A stretch of DNA of 64,000 bases, taken from an uncultured Flavobacteriales bacterium (GTDB lineage Bacteria > Bacteroidota > Bacteroidia > Flavobacteriales > BACL11). The stretch covers positions 13,479-77,478 of the forward strand of contig CAJQIZ010000021.1 in assembly GCA_905478555.1 (NCBI GenBank). Direction: 5' to 3'. Positions 40,918 to 51,724 of the stretch are shown piece by piece. The notes under the pieces are model-generated. The model saw only the letters and a list, made by a program, of their open reading frames with translations. It searched no databases and was not told the DNA's origin. The translations under genes were made by a program, and so were the position numbers. How positions within the stretch are numbered: the first letter of the stretch is position 1; the number at the start of each line of letters is the position of its first letter.

Positions 40918-43900
40918 ATTCTACTTTAAAAGTTTATCGATACTAACAATATTTCTATTATCATTTACTACGGCGCATTCTCAGTGTGTTGTTTGTATTG
41001 AATCTCCAAGTTTAATAACCTGTGGAGAATCTGCAGACTTAATTGGAGACGGATACATAACATCTGTTTATTCTGATGATTTTAACAGTTGGACTAATGC
41101 TACAACTCCTAACCCAAGTTTATGGGCAATGTTAAGTACAGGAGGAACAACTAACTCCAATTGCACAGGATCTCCAACAACAACTAGTTCTTGCGCAGGA
41201 GCTTCTTCAGGAGGAGATTTCTTATGGTTTCCACAAGGATCAGCATTAGCTAGAGAGATAAGGACCATACAAATTCCAGTACCTTTAGGAGGAACTATTT
41301 TCTTTGAATTTAAAATGGAAGGACAAGGAGGAAGTTGTGATGGTCCTGATCAAACTAATGAAGGAATAATGATTCAATATAAAACAGGAGGGATATGGCA
41401 AGATATGGGAGCTCCTCAAGTTCCATTTAGTTCGAATCCTCCTCCCTACAACAATGAAGCTTACTTTATTCCACCAGGAAACGGAAATCCACTATCTCCT
41501 CAATATAATACTTGGGCTCAATATTCTATTCCAATCCCAGCTGCTGCATGGTCTGCTAACACCCAATTTAGATGGATACAAACTAGCCCAACATCTGCCT
41601 CTTGGGATTTCTGGGGAATAGAAAATGTAAACATTGTACCAACAGGACCCGGAGGAGCAAACTTCCTATGGTCTGCTGGAGGGCAAACAACACAAAACAT
41701 TACGGTAAGTCCAATAACATTAACAAATTACACATTAACATATTCTGACGGAGTATCTACATGTAGTACAACCGTCGCTGTAGATGTTTCTCCCCCAGTA
41801 GTTACACCTGCAATTGTACCGAACCCACTAAACCCTTGCCCCTCTGCTACAGATTTAACTGCTGATGTAAACTTTAATACCTGTAATTACAATGTTTACA
41901 TGTTTGATAATGGTGGGGATGGATGGGTAACTATTCCACAAACCTCCTCTTCAATTGACAGCAGAATTGAGGTGTTTGTAGATGGAATCTCTCAAGGTAC
42001 ATATACTCTTAATAATGGATACGGACCTTCCGTGTATTCCTTCCCAGTAACAAATGGAGGAACAATGTCAGTCAACTTTTTAAGTGGAGGACCAAATCCT
42101 GCAGAATGTGTATATGTCGTAGAGGATCCGAACGGAAACTATGTAAACGCTCAAGGAATAACAACATCCCCTAATATACCTGTATGGCCACCACCATTAC
42201 CAATGCCAAATGGTGCATTTGGTGTAAACCCTTTAAATGTAGCTCCTTTTCCAACAACATGTCCTACTACAAATCCTTATAATTACAGCTGGTCAATAAT
42301 CCCAGGAGGATCTACTGCTGGTATAGGTAATCCAAATTCACAAAACACAACCGTAACTACTGCTGTTACACAAGATTATTTAGTTACAGTTACAGATGCA
42401 AACAACCCAGGATGTGTAGCAGATAGTTTTATAACAGTAACAGGATCAGGAGGTAGTTGGGATTTCTCTACTATTACACCCAACCCTGCTTGCCAAGGAG
42501 ATTGTATTGATTTAAATTTCACTTCTACTGTATCTTCTGGTAATTATAATATTATTATAGAAATGATAGACGCAAACGGATCTTCCTCCTCTATGTTTAC
42601 CATTGATAATAATGGAATAAACATTGCTACTGGAAATCCAATCAACTTATGCCCTACAATTTCACTAGCGATTCCTAATGTTACTTTCAACATCACCTCA
42701 CTTGTGGATGCTGCAGATCCAAATAATTGTGAGATTCCTATCACTAACGCATCACAAGTTGTCAGTTTTAACACCTTACCTAATGCAGGAAATACACCTT
42801 TAACTCCTACAACATTCTGTACAGTAGATGCTATTACTGATCTTTCTACTTTTCTAAGCAACTCTCCAGACGCAAATGGAACCTGGACCTACACTGGGAC
42901 AGGAATACCCCCAGTAAACTTACCATTTGTTGGTTTAAATTATAATTTCGATCCAGCAAATTATCCTGCAGGAGATTACACTTATACAGTAAGTAATTCA
43001 CCTTGCCCTACAGACCTAAGTACGATTACAATTAACTTAGAAACTCCACCAGAAGCAGGTCAGTTACCTCCATTCACTACTAATATGTGTATGGGATCTA
43101 TACTAGATTTAAATTCATTATTCATTGTTAACCCTGTACCTAACACACCTGTTTGGACAGACGTAACTTCAGGAATACCTGGAACTAGTGTTTCATCTAA
43201 TTTTAATCCTATTACATCCGGAACCTATACTTTAAGAAACACAATTGTGGCAACGGCTAACTGCCCATCTGATTTTGTAGAAACAACAGTTATTGTTAAC
43301 GATTTACCTACAGTAACATTTAGCACAATTAATCAGATATGTTTAGGAGAATCATTAGACTTAAACTTTTTCGTTACTGGTTCTGCACCATTTTTTATGA
43401 CAGTTACAGATAACATCAACCCAGCATTTTTTGTTATTTCTGATCAAAATGGAAATGACAACATAACAGGAAACCCCATAACGTTTTCTCCTAATACAAC
43501 AGGGATTACTAATTTAACCATTACAAATATTTCAGATTTGTTTTGTAGTGCTACAGTATCAGGACAAAACTCTGTGGTAAATGTTTTAACTCCTCCCAAC
43601 TCTGGAGTTCTTACTTTACCTCTTTCTGTTTGTTCGGATGACTTAACAATATACGACCTAGCTAATCAGATTTCAGGACAAGATTTAAATGGATACTGGT
43701 TAGATGAAAACAACTTTCAGCAACCTCCAAGTTCATCCTTTAACTTTAACACATCAATGTCAGGTGGAAACTACACTTATGTAGTAGAGTCTGCAGCTTG
43801 TCCTGATGCACAAACAATAGTTCCTGTAACAGTAATTACAGCTCCTAATGTTGGAACTGCAAATCCTCAATCTATCTGTATAAACAATTATGGTCTTGGA

Positions 43901-46306
43901 AATCTATTTGACTTAGATAATTTATTAAACGGAAGTCCGAATCTAGGAACTTGGTACGAAAACGGAATTCCTGTACCATCAAATATTAATCCTAATACTT
44001 ATGGTGTTGGTACTACTACTTTTACTTATCAAGTAAATGGAATATCCCCTTGTTCTAACCAATCTATTAGTGTTGATTTAACTATAAACCCAGAACCAGT
44101 TGTCTCTTCTTTTACCTCTTCTGGTCCATCAACAACCCAAGGATATCAGATTGGGTTAGATGTAACTATGTTAGTAGGTACTGCTCCTTTTACGATTGAT
44201 ATTTTTGATGATGAAGTTCCTTTCAACACTGCATCTATATTTATAGCTGCCGGAATGAGTGGATCAGTAAATATGACTCCGAATGTTATTCCAACAACAA
44301 CATACGCAATAAGTTTAATAACAGACGGAAACGGTTGTACTACAACTTTCGGAAGTACAGTTCCTGTTGGAGTTATTCCTTACCCAATAATTGATCCGTT
44401 TACAACCCTTACTCCAGAAATTTGTGAAGGGGATGTATCTAGCATACAGTTTGATATGACCCAAGGAGTTGTTCCAGTTACAGTAGATTATACTATTAAT
44501 GGAATTCCTTATACTGAAATATTAGTTTCAACAGGAGTTACTTCAGTTATAATACCAAACACAAATTTAAATTTTGGAATAAATACATTTAGTATTGTAA
44601 GTATTATTGATGTTAATAATGAAGCAGCTCCAAATATCCCTAACGATATTCAGATTATTTACAATCCTAATCCATCTGCAACATTTACAACTACAACCCC
44701 TATTATTTGTTTTAAAGAAGATGCAATTTTAGAGTTTGATTTTTTATCAGGAACAGCACCATTTACTGTAAACTATAATGATAATTTAATAATTCAAATC
44801 CCGTCATTAATATTTAACAATTTAGGAACTACTTTTAAAATATTAACTCCTAACCCAACAGTTGGAAACCATTCTTATTCTATTATTAATATAATTGATG
44901 CAGAAGGTTGTACAGCAAACATTGCTGCCACTTCTAATATTTTAGTAAGAGCTTTACCTGATTTAGACCTTACAATTAACGGAGCTAATCCTATTTGTTT
45001 CGGACAAAATTCTGAGCTTTCTTTTCCAGTATTATCTGGATTAGCACCATTTAACTTAAATTTATTAGAAGGAAGTACTAACAATACATTAACTGTAGAT
45101 GCAAGTGGACTAATTGGAGGAAGTACTTACTTAGTTTCTCCACCAAATACTACAACTTACACGTTAACATCAGTAACGGATGCAAACGGATGTATGCAAA
45201 CACTTATCGATAGTAAAACACTAATTGTAAACGAATTACCTATAGTAGATGCAACAGGAACTACAGAAATTTGTAATGAAGAAATTACTCAAATTTATTT
45301 TGATTTCAGTGCAGGTCTTTCACCATGGACATTGTCTTATGATGTTAGTGGAACAATATCTGCTCCATTCCTATTAAGTAATACCTCTGACTCTGTTTCT
45401 GTTAGCCCTTCTACTACTTCAGTATACACTTACACAACAGTAACAGATGCTAATAATTGTGTTAATAATTTTACAGATGCTGTTACTATTACTGTTAATC
45501 AATTACCAGAAGTTATTGTTTCTGGTGGTGGAGAAATATGTGATGATGGATCGACAGTAGAAGTTATCTTTAACACATCTAACGGTACACCTACTTTTAA
45601 CTTTGAATACACAATTGGTATAACAGAAAAAATAGTTTCTAATGTTGGATATCAACACATTATTACAACAAATGAATCTGGTATATATACCGTTACTAAT
45701 ATAGTAGACAGTAAGGGTTGTAATGGTAAAAACATAAACGGAACTGCTAATGTAATTGTAAATCCGGTTCCGGTCGCTGACTTTACTGCTTATCCACAAC
45801 CAGCTGATGTCACAAACCCTGTTATTCATTTTATTGACCAATCTACCAATCACACATTAGGTATTTGGGATTTTGACGACAACAGCAATCTTACCTCTAC
45901 TAATTTTGGAGAACTTACACATAGATTTTCGGATGTAGATAGTGGAACCTATTTTGTGGAACTTTATGTAGAATCTAACAAGGGATGTTTCAGTATACAA
46001 ATACAAGAAATTGTAATTGACAATGCGTTTATTTTCTACATTCCGAATGCCTTTACTCCAAATAAAGATCAAGTAAATGATATTTTTAAACCTTATGTAG
46101 ATGGTGTTTCAGAATATGACTTTTATATTTATAGCAGACAAGGTCAAGAAATTTTCCATACTACTGACATAACTGAAGGATGGGACGGTTATGTAGATGG
46201 GAGTGATGAATATGCGATTTCTGGGAAATATGCCTATGCAATTTACATTATAGATTTACACGGAAAAGAGAGAGTATTTCAAGGAAACTTCTTATTAATA
46301 CGATAA
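40910..46306 (+). CDS. Giant T9SS type B cargo / adhesin 1 (1,798 aa)
   Basis: It has a signal peptide and a Cys-rich N-terminal jelly-roll-like module ending in WDFWGIENVNIV. A long series of ~90-100-aa Ig-like modules follows, then a PKD-like domain (FIDQSTNHTLGIWDFDDNS...GTYFVELYVESNKGC). The type B CTD reads IPNAFTPNKDQVNDIFKP...GWDGY. Confidence 0.8.
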   Translation: MNKFYFKSLSILTIFLLSFTTAHSQCVVCIESPSLITCGESADLIGDGYITSVYSDDFNSWTNATTPNPSLWAMLSTGGTTNSNCTGSPTTTSSCAGASSGGDFLWFPQGSALAREIRTIQIPVPLGGTIFFEFKMEGQGGSCDGPDQTNEGIMIQYKTGGIWQDMGAPQVPFSSNPPPYNNEAYFIPPGNGNPLSPQYNTWAQYSIPIPAAAWSANTQFRWIQTSPTSASWDFWGIENVNIVPTGPGGANFLWSAGGQTTQNITVSPITLTNYTLTYSDGVSTCSTTVAVDVSPPVVTPAIVPNPLNPCPSATDLTADVNFNTCNYNVYMFDNGGDGWVTIPQTSSSIDSRIEVFVDGISQGTYTLNNGYGPSVYSFPVTNGGTMSVNFLSGGPNPAECVYVVEDPNGNYVNAQGITTSPNIPVWPPPLPMPNGAFGVNPLNVAPFPTTCPTTNPYNYSWSIIPGGSTAGIGNPNSQNTTVTTAVTQDYLVTVTDANNPGCVADSFITVTGSGGSWDFSTITPNPACQGDCIDLNFTSTVSSGNYNIIIEMIDANGSSSSMFTIDNNGINIATGNPINLCPTISLAIPNVTFNITSLVDAADPNNCEIPITNASQVVSFNTLPNAGNTPLTPTTFCTVDAITDLSTFLSNSPDANGTWTYTGTGIPPVNLPFVGLNYNFDPANYPAGDYTYTVSNSPCPTDLSTITINLETPPEAGQLPPFTTNMCMGSILDLNSLFIVNPVPNTPVWTDVTSGIPGTSVSSNFNPITSGTYTLRNTIVATANCPSDFVETTVIVNDLPTVTFSTINQICLGESLDLNFFVTGSAPFFMTVTDNINPAFFVISDQNGNDNITGNPITFSPNTTGITNLTITNISDLFCSATVSGQNSVVNVLTPPNSGVLTLPLSVCSDDLTIYDLANQISGQDLNGYWLDENNFQQPPSSSFNFNTSMSGGNYTYVVESAACPDAQTIVPVTVITAPNVGTANPQSICINNYGLGNLFDLDNLLNGSPNLGTWYENGIPVPSNINPNTYGVGTTTFTYQVNGISPCSNQSISVDLTINPEPVVSSFTSSGPSTTQGYQIGLDVTMLVGTAPFTIDIFDDEVPFNTASIFIAAGMSGSVNMTPNVIPTTTYAISLITDGNGCTTTFGSTVPVGVIPYPIIDPFTTLTPEICEGDVSSIQFDMTQGVVPVTVDYTINGIPYTEILVSTGVTSVIIPNTNLNFGINTFSIVSIIDVNNEAAPNIPNDIQIIYNPNPSATFTTTTPIICFKEDAILEFDFLSGTAPFTVNYNDNLIIQIPSLIFNNLGTTFKILTPNPTVGNHSYSIINIIDAEGCTANIAATSNILVRALPDLDLTINGANPICFGQNSELSFPVLSGLAPFNLNLLEGSTNNTLTVDASGLIGGSTYLVSPPNTTTYTLTSVTDANGCMQTLIDSKTLIVNELPIVDATGTTEICNEEITQIYFDFSAGLSPWTLSYDVSGTISAPFLLSNTSDSVSVSPSTTSVYTYTTVTDANNCVNNFTDAVTITVNQLPEVIVSGGGEICDDGSTVEVIFNTSNGTPTFNFEYTIGITEKIVSNVGYQHIITTNESGIYTVTNIVDSKGCNGKNINGTANVIVNPVPVADFTAYPQPADVTNPVIHFIDQSTNHTLGIWDFDDNSNLTSTNFGELTHRFSDVDSGTYFVELYVESNKGCFSIQIQEIVIDNAFIFYIPNAFTPNKDQVNDIFKPYVDGVSEYDFYIYSRQGQEIFHTTDITEGWDGYVDGSDEYAISGKYAYAIYIIDLHGKERVFQGNFLLIR

Positions 46307-46345
46307 ACCAAATGAAATTTACAAATTCAGATAATATATTATTCT

Positions 46346-49300
46346 ATGATTAAAAGAGTATTTAGTATATTATTTTTGTTATACTGTACAAACACTGTTT
46401 ATGCTCAATCCTCTACTTGTAATACTGCATTACCATTTTGTACTGGTAGCACCTATACATTTCCGGCATCTACAAATACTGCAGCTCCAACTGGAGCATA
46501 TTTTGATTGTTTATTTTCTCAACCAAATCCTGCTTTCTATTATTGTGAAATAGATAACCCAGGCAACATGACAATTAATATTCAAGGAGGTTCAGCGGGT
46601 AATACAAACGATATTGATTTTATATGTTGGGGACCATTTACTAATCCCACTATTATGTGTAATCAACTAACTGCTGCCAACGTGGAAGATTGTAGTTATT
46701 CAGGAACATGGAACGAATTTTGCGATATCAATGGTGCTTCAACAGGAGATTATTATGTAATCTTGATTACTAATTATTCAAATCAAAACTGTAATATTAC
46801 TTTTTCACAAACGAGTGGTACTGCAACAACAAACTGCTGTATTTTAGGTGGAGATGCTGGAGATGATAACACATTAAACATTTGTGACTCTGATCCTGTT
46901 TTTAATATGGAAACTCATTTATTAGGGACCCCAGACAATGGTGGAATCTGGTATGACGCAAGTTGGAATGCTGTATCAAATCAGTTTAATCCTTCTGTAA
47001 ACACAACTAGTACCTACGCATATATTGTACAAGGTTCTTCTGCCGCATGCCCAGATGACACTTCATATTTATCAGTAAACATTACCACTAGTCCTATTGT
47101 AAGTATACCAATTTATGCTAGTATGTGTGATAATGCAGGAATATTAACACTAAACACTGCAACTCCAATAGGTGGAACTTACTTAGTAAACGGTAATATT
47201 TCCACAACATTTACTCCATCAGTACTAAATGTAGGTAGTAACATAATAGATTATACTTATACAGATGGAAATGGATGTTCTGCAACAACATCACAAAACT
47301 TAATTGTTGACCCATCCCCTTTTGCAACCGCAACAACAACTAACGCAAGTTGTAATGGATTTACAGACGGAACAGCTATTTTAAATATCACAACAGGACA
47401 AACTCCATTCATTGAAGATTGGGGAATAGCAAATCCTACTGCTCTTTCTGCAGGAAGCTATACATATACGGTGACAGATGCAAATAATTGTAGTTTTACA
47501 GATAGTATTATAATATACGAACCTATTAACTTCAACATTAATGTTGTAACAACTGATGTTAGTTGTAATGGATTAAATAATGGAACAGCAGTAGTGAAAA
47601 TTCAAGGGAATAACACTCCAACAGGTACCGTTTCAACTCAAAGTTATTGCAGTTCTACACCAGGTTCTAGTTCCTACTCTAATATCGAATTAGTTCAATT
47701 ATTTGGTGATAATTTTAATATTGATAATAATACTGCGGGAATCTGTGATCAGTATGAAGATTATACAACAGCTATGTATGCAGATATTACAGAAGGACAG
47801 AATTACAACTTAACAATAAATTTAGGAGATTGTAGTAATTTGAACTATTCTGCAGGTGCTAAAGTTTATATAGATTGGAATATTGATGGAGATTTTAATG
47901 ATCCAGGTGAGGAAGTAGGAACGATTCCTTATGGAGTATCTTCCGTAGCAACAATTCCTATTAATGTACCTCTTTCTGGAGCATCAGGAGCTACTAGAAT
48001 GAGAGTAGTTGCACAATATTTAAGTACTAGTGATAATAGTCTAGTAGGCCCTTGTGATGTTGGGTTATGGTCTCCTTCATATACGGAACCATGGTTTGGA
48101 GCTACAGAAGATTATTCTATCGTAGTTACTGCTGCAACTATTTCAGCATCATATATTTGGTCTTCTGGACAGACTACCGACAGTGTTTTCGGATTAGCTG
48201 CTGGGCCATATTCTGTTGATGTAATAGATGCGAATGGATGTATCAACTCCGGTTTTTTTAACATTACTGAACCTAACCCAATGACTGTTTTAACTAGTCA
48301 GAACAATATAAGTTGTGATGGAGGATCAGATGGGTCTATCACTCTAAATATATTTGGAGGTATTACAAATTACACTATTACAGCTGCAGGATTATCTCAA
48401 ACTCTTTCTGGAGGAATTTCAACTTTTACAACACTAAATGTCTTATCAGCAGCTAACTATCCTTACACTATTAGTGATTCAAACGGATGTGTTTATACAG
48501 ATAATATTACTCTGACTTCTCCCTCTCCTATCTCAGTAACAGAAACAATAAATAATGTAAATTGTTATGCAGGAAATGATGGAAATGTTATTTTATCAAT
48601 TTCAGGAGGTATCCCAACTTACACTGAAAATTGGGGATTAAATAATTCCTCATCTCTTTCTGTTGGAACTTATAACTATACTGTTACAGACAATAATGGA
48701 TGTAACTTTACAAATTCTGTATCTATTACAGAACCTACTGAAATACAAATTAGCTCTACACAAAACAATGTAAGTACTTGTGGAGCTACAGATGGAAATA
48801 TTGACATTACTACTAGCGGAGGAACTTCACCCTACATATTCAGCTGGAATAGTGGGCAAACTACAGAAGATATTGCTTCTCTTTCAGCTGGAACTTATAC
48901 TCTAACTATTACAGATGCTAATTTATGCAACAATACAATTAGCATTACTTTAACAGAACCCACTTCACCCATTGTTAGTTTTACTCAAATAAATACAAAC
49001 TGTAATGCAGCTACTAACGGAAGTATTGATATTACTGTTTCATCAGGATTAAGTCCATATCAATTCGCATGGTCTAATCTAGAAACAACAGAGGATATTT
49101 TTAATTTAAATGCAGGAAATTATTCTGTAAATATTACTGATGCTAATAATTGTGTAATAATAGAAAACATTACTATTACAGAACCAACAGCAATAAATGT
49201 TATTTCTACACAAACTAATGTAACTAATTGTAATGGAAATGATGGAAGTGTAGACATATCTGCAAGTGGAGGCACTGGAAACTACACTTATCTTTGGTCC

Positions 49301-51724
49301 AATGGAGAAATAACAGAGGATGTCTTTAATCTTATTTCAGGTATTCATTTTGTAGATGTAACTGATGCAAATGGTTGCACTTACAACTTTAGTTTTACAA
49401 TAAACGAACCTTCTGGAATCACCTCTTCCGAAACGATAACTAATGTAAATTGTTATGGAGAAAATTCAGGATCAGTTATCTTAAATGTTTCTGGAGGACA
49501 ATCACCATATATTGAAAATTGGAATGGATACAACTCCTTAAATTTAAGTGTTGGTACTTATACTTATATTGTAACAGATAACCAAAATTGTAATTACACA
49601 AACAGCATTACCATTACAGAACCACAAGAATTATTAGTAACTGAGAATATTACTAATGTATTCTGCAAGGATGAAAACACAGGAAATGTGACTCTAAATA
49701 TTAGTGGTGGAACATCCCCATTTAATGAAAATTGGGGAGCATTTAATCCTTCATCTCTTATAGACGGAAGTTATTCCTATACTGTTACAGATGTAAATGG
49801 ATGTACTTTTAATAATAATATAATTATAACTGAACCCGATTCACTACTATCTAATATCACTACAACGGATGCGATTTGTTTCGGATATAATAACGGGACT
49901 GCTTTGATATCTTCTTCTGGAGGAACAAATCCTTATACAATAGATTGGTTTGGACAAAACAATTTATCTCTTACTGCAAACAATTACAGTGTTTTAGTTG
50001 TAGATTTAAATGGATGTACAAACGCAATCAATTTTACAATTTCAGAACCAACTGAAATTTCTATTACTACAAATACTACATTTACATCCTGTTTCGGATA
50101 CAATGACGGAACGGCAATTCTTACTATTTCAGGAGGATTCCCTCCATTCACAGAAAATTGGTTCGGACAAAACCCTTTAAATTTAGCAGCTGGAAATCAT
50201 CCTTTTTCTGTAACAGATTCCAATAATTGCGTACAACAAGATATAGCTGTAATTTCAGAACCAACAGTAATCACTACAAATGAAATTACATCTGATGTAT
50301 TATGTAGTGGAGAAAATAATGGAACTGCATTCTTGCAAATTACTGGAGGAACTTCTCCTTATTCAGAAAACTGGAATTCAGCAGATATCACACAACTTCC
50401 TAAAGGGAATTATACTTACACGGTTACAGATGCAAATGGATGTACTTTTAACGAATATGTAATTATAAACGAACCAACTCCAATTAGCGTTTCCGAAATG
50501 GTTTCTGATGCGAATTGTTTTAATAGTGGAGACGGACAAGCTATACTTACAATTAATGGAGGAACATCTCCATATATTGAAGATTGGGGAACTGAAAATC
50601 CTTTTTCACTTTCTGCAGGAATTTACAACTATATCATTACCGATTTGAATTCTTGTACTTATTCTGACAGTGTTTTAATCAACCAATCTAATCAAGTTTT
50701 TATGAATTTCAGTTTAGAATCTCCTATTTGTATTAACGATACTTCCGCCCTTACAGTTAATGTTGAAGATCCACTTTCATCACAATATACTGTAGAAATA
50801 AATGACGGAACAATTAGCAGTTATTTACTCATTGATTCTTTAGGAAATGATGTTGTCACGGGAGAAAAATTTACATTTACTCCTGTTACTTCAACTACTT
50901 TTACGATTATTTCTATTACAGATGAAAATGGATGTAATAGTCCCGTAAATCAACCTTTTGATGTAGTGATAAATCCTTTACCAATATTAAATTTAGATAT
51001 CCCAAACTACTGTACACAAGATAGTAGCAGAATATTAAATCAAGGTACACCCCAAGGAGGAAATTATTTTATTAATGGAATACCTAATAGTTATTTTGAT
51101 ATTGAAAAACTAGAAGTAGAAACATACACTATTCAATATAGTTATACCGAACCTATAACTACTTGTTTTAATTCAATTACAACATCAGTTAAAATAAATT
51201 CTAGTCCATATGCTGATTTTGCTTTCGGCCCTCAACCAGTAAACATTGATAAGCCGGAAGTGTTTTTTGAAAATAAATCTGATTATTACAACTACCAAAT
51301 TTGGACTATAGAGGATGGAACTACAATAATAAATCAAGACAAATTTTCTCATATATTCTCAGATACAGGTACTTTTAACACGCAATTATATATTGAAAAT
51401 CAATATGGATGTTCGGACTCTGTAAATTATAATGTAGTAATAAATCCAGTTTTCACAATTCATATACCTACCGCTTTCACTCCAAATAATGATGGAGATA
51501 ACGACACATTCGGACCGGTACTAAGAGCCGGTGGGTATACTAATTTTAGTATAAAAATCTTTAATCAGTGGGGAGAAAAAATATTTGATGAAGAAAATCT
51601 ATTCTGGAACGGGAAAGTAAATGAGGAGTTAGCACAAAACGGAGCATATACCTACACTATTATCGCATTCGATTTCCTAGATAAACCATACATCTTTACA
51701 GGAAATTTCCTATTAATACAATAA
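46346..51724 (+). CDS. Giant SprB-repeat adhesin 2 (1,792 aa): Cys-rich head, GEVED domain, 13 SprB repeats, type B CTD
   Basis: It has a signal peptide. The head reads QSSTCNTALPFCTGSTYTF...YYVILITNYSNQNC. SprB repeats match C.G..[DN]G...L...GG..PY...W......L.AG.Y.[YV].V.D.NGC. The GEVED-type domain runs YC...IDWNIDGDF.DPGEEV...TRMRV...GATEDYSIVV. The type B CTD reads IPTAFTPNNDGDNDTF...FWNGK. Confidence 0.85.
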   Translation: MIKRVFSILFLLYCTNTVYAQSSTCNTALPFCTGSTYTFPASTNTAAPTGAYFDCLFSQPNPAFYYCEIDNPGNMTINIQGGSAGNTNDIDFICWGPFTNPTIMCNQLTAANVEDCSYSGTWNEFCDINGASTGDYYVILITNYSNQNCNITFSQTSGTATTNCCILGGDAGDDNTLNICDSDPVFNMETHLLGTPDNGGIWYDASWNAVSNQFNPSVNTTSTYAYIVQGSSAACPDDTSYLSVNITTSPIVSIPIYASMCDNAGILTLNTATPIGGTYLVNGNISTTFTPSVLNVGSNIIDYTYTDGNGCSATTSQNLIVDPSPFATATTTNASCNGFTDGTAILNITTGQTPFIEDWGIANPTALSAGSYTYTVTDANNCSFTDSIIIYEPINFNINVVTTDVSCNGLNNGTAVVKIQGNNTPTGTVSTQSYCSSTPGSSSYSNIELVQLFGDNFNIDNNTAGICDQYEDYTTAMYADITEGQNYNLTINLGDCSNLNYSAGAKVYIDWNIDGDFNDPGEEVGTIPYGVSSVATIPINVPLSGASGATRMRVVAQYLSTSDNSLVGPCDVGLWSPSYTEPWFGATEDYSIVVTAATISASYIWSSGQTTDSVFGLAAGPYSVDVIDANGCINSGFFNITEPNPMTVLTSQNNISCDGGSDGSITLNIFGGITNYTITAAGLSQTLSGGISTFTTLNVLSAANYPYTISDSNGCVYTDNITLTSPSPISVTETINNVNCYAGNDGNVILSISGGIPTYTENWGLNNSSSLSVGTYNYTVTDNNGCNFTNSVSITEPTEIQISSTQNNVSTCGATDGNIDITTSGGTSPYIFSWNSGQTTEDIASLSAGTYTLTITDANLCNNTISITLTEPTSPIVSFTQINTNCNAATNGSIDITVSSGLSPYQFAWSNLETTEDIFNLNAGNYSVNITDANNCVIIENITITEPTAINVISTQTNVTNCNGNDGSVDISASGGTGNYTYLWSNGEITEDVFNLISGIHFVDVTDANGCTYNFSFTINEPSGITSSETITNVNCYGENSGSVILNVSGGQSPYIENWNGYNSLNLSVGTYTYIVTDNQNCNYTNSITITEPQELLVTENITNVFCKDENTGNVTLNISGGTSPFNENWGAFNPSSLIDGSYSYTVTDVNGCTFNNNIIITEPDSLLSNITTTDAICFGYNNGTALISSSGGTNPYTIDWFGQNNLSLTANNYSVLVVDLNGCTNAINFTISEPTEISITTNTTFTSCFGYNDGTAILTISGGFPPFTENWFGQNPLNLAAGNHPFSVTDSNNCVQQDIAVISEPTVITTNEITSDVLCSGENNGTAFLQITGGTSPYSENWNSADITQLPKGNYTYTVTDANGCTFNEYVIINEPTPISVSEMVSDANCFNSGDGQAILTINGGTSPYIEDWGTENPFSLSAGIYNYIITDLNSCTYSDSVLINQSNQVFMNFSLESPICINDTSALTVNVEDPLSSQYTVEINDGTISSYLLIDSLGNDVVTGEKFTFTPVTSTTFTIISITDENGCNSPVNQPFDVVINPLPILNLDIPNYCTQDSSRILNQGTPQGGNYFINGIPNSYFDIEKLEVETYTIQYSYTEPITTCFNSITTSVKINSSPYADFAFGPQPVNIDKPEVFFENKSDYYNYQIWTIEDGTTIINQDKFSHIFSDTGTFNTQLYIENQYGCSDSVNYNVVINPVFTIHIPTAFTPNNDGDNDTFGPVLRAGGYTNFSIKIFNQWGEKIFDEENLFWNGKVNEELAQNGAYTYTIIAFDFLDKPYIFTGNFLLIQ

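Noticed and set aside
41068-46072. Minus-strand and off-frame ORFs inside the adhesin genes include 41068..41268, 42544..42861, 45503..45853 and 50280..50462 / 55932..56114.
   Set aside because: They are embedded in long, motif-rich adhesin ORFs. They were useful only as an independent check that the two repeat copies are identical at the DNA level.
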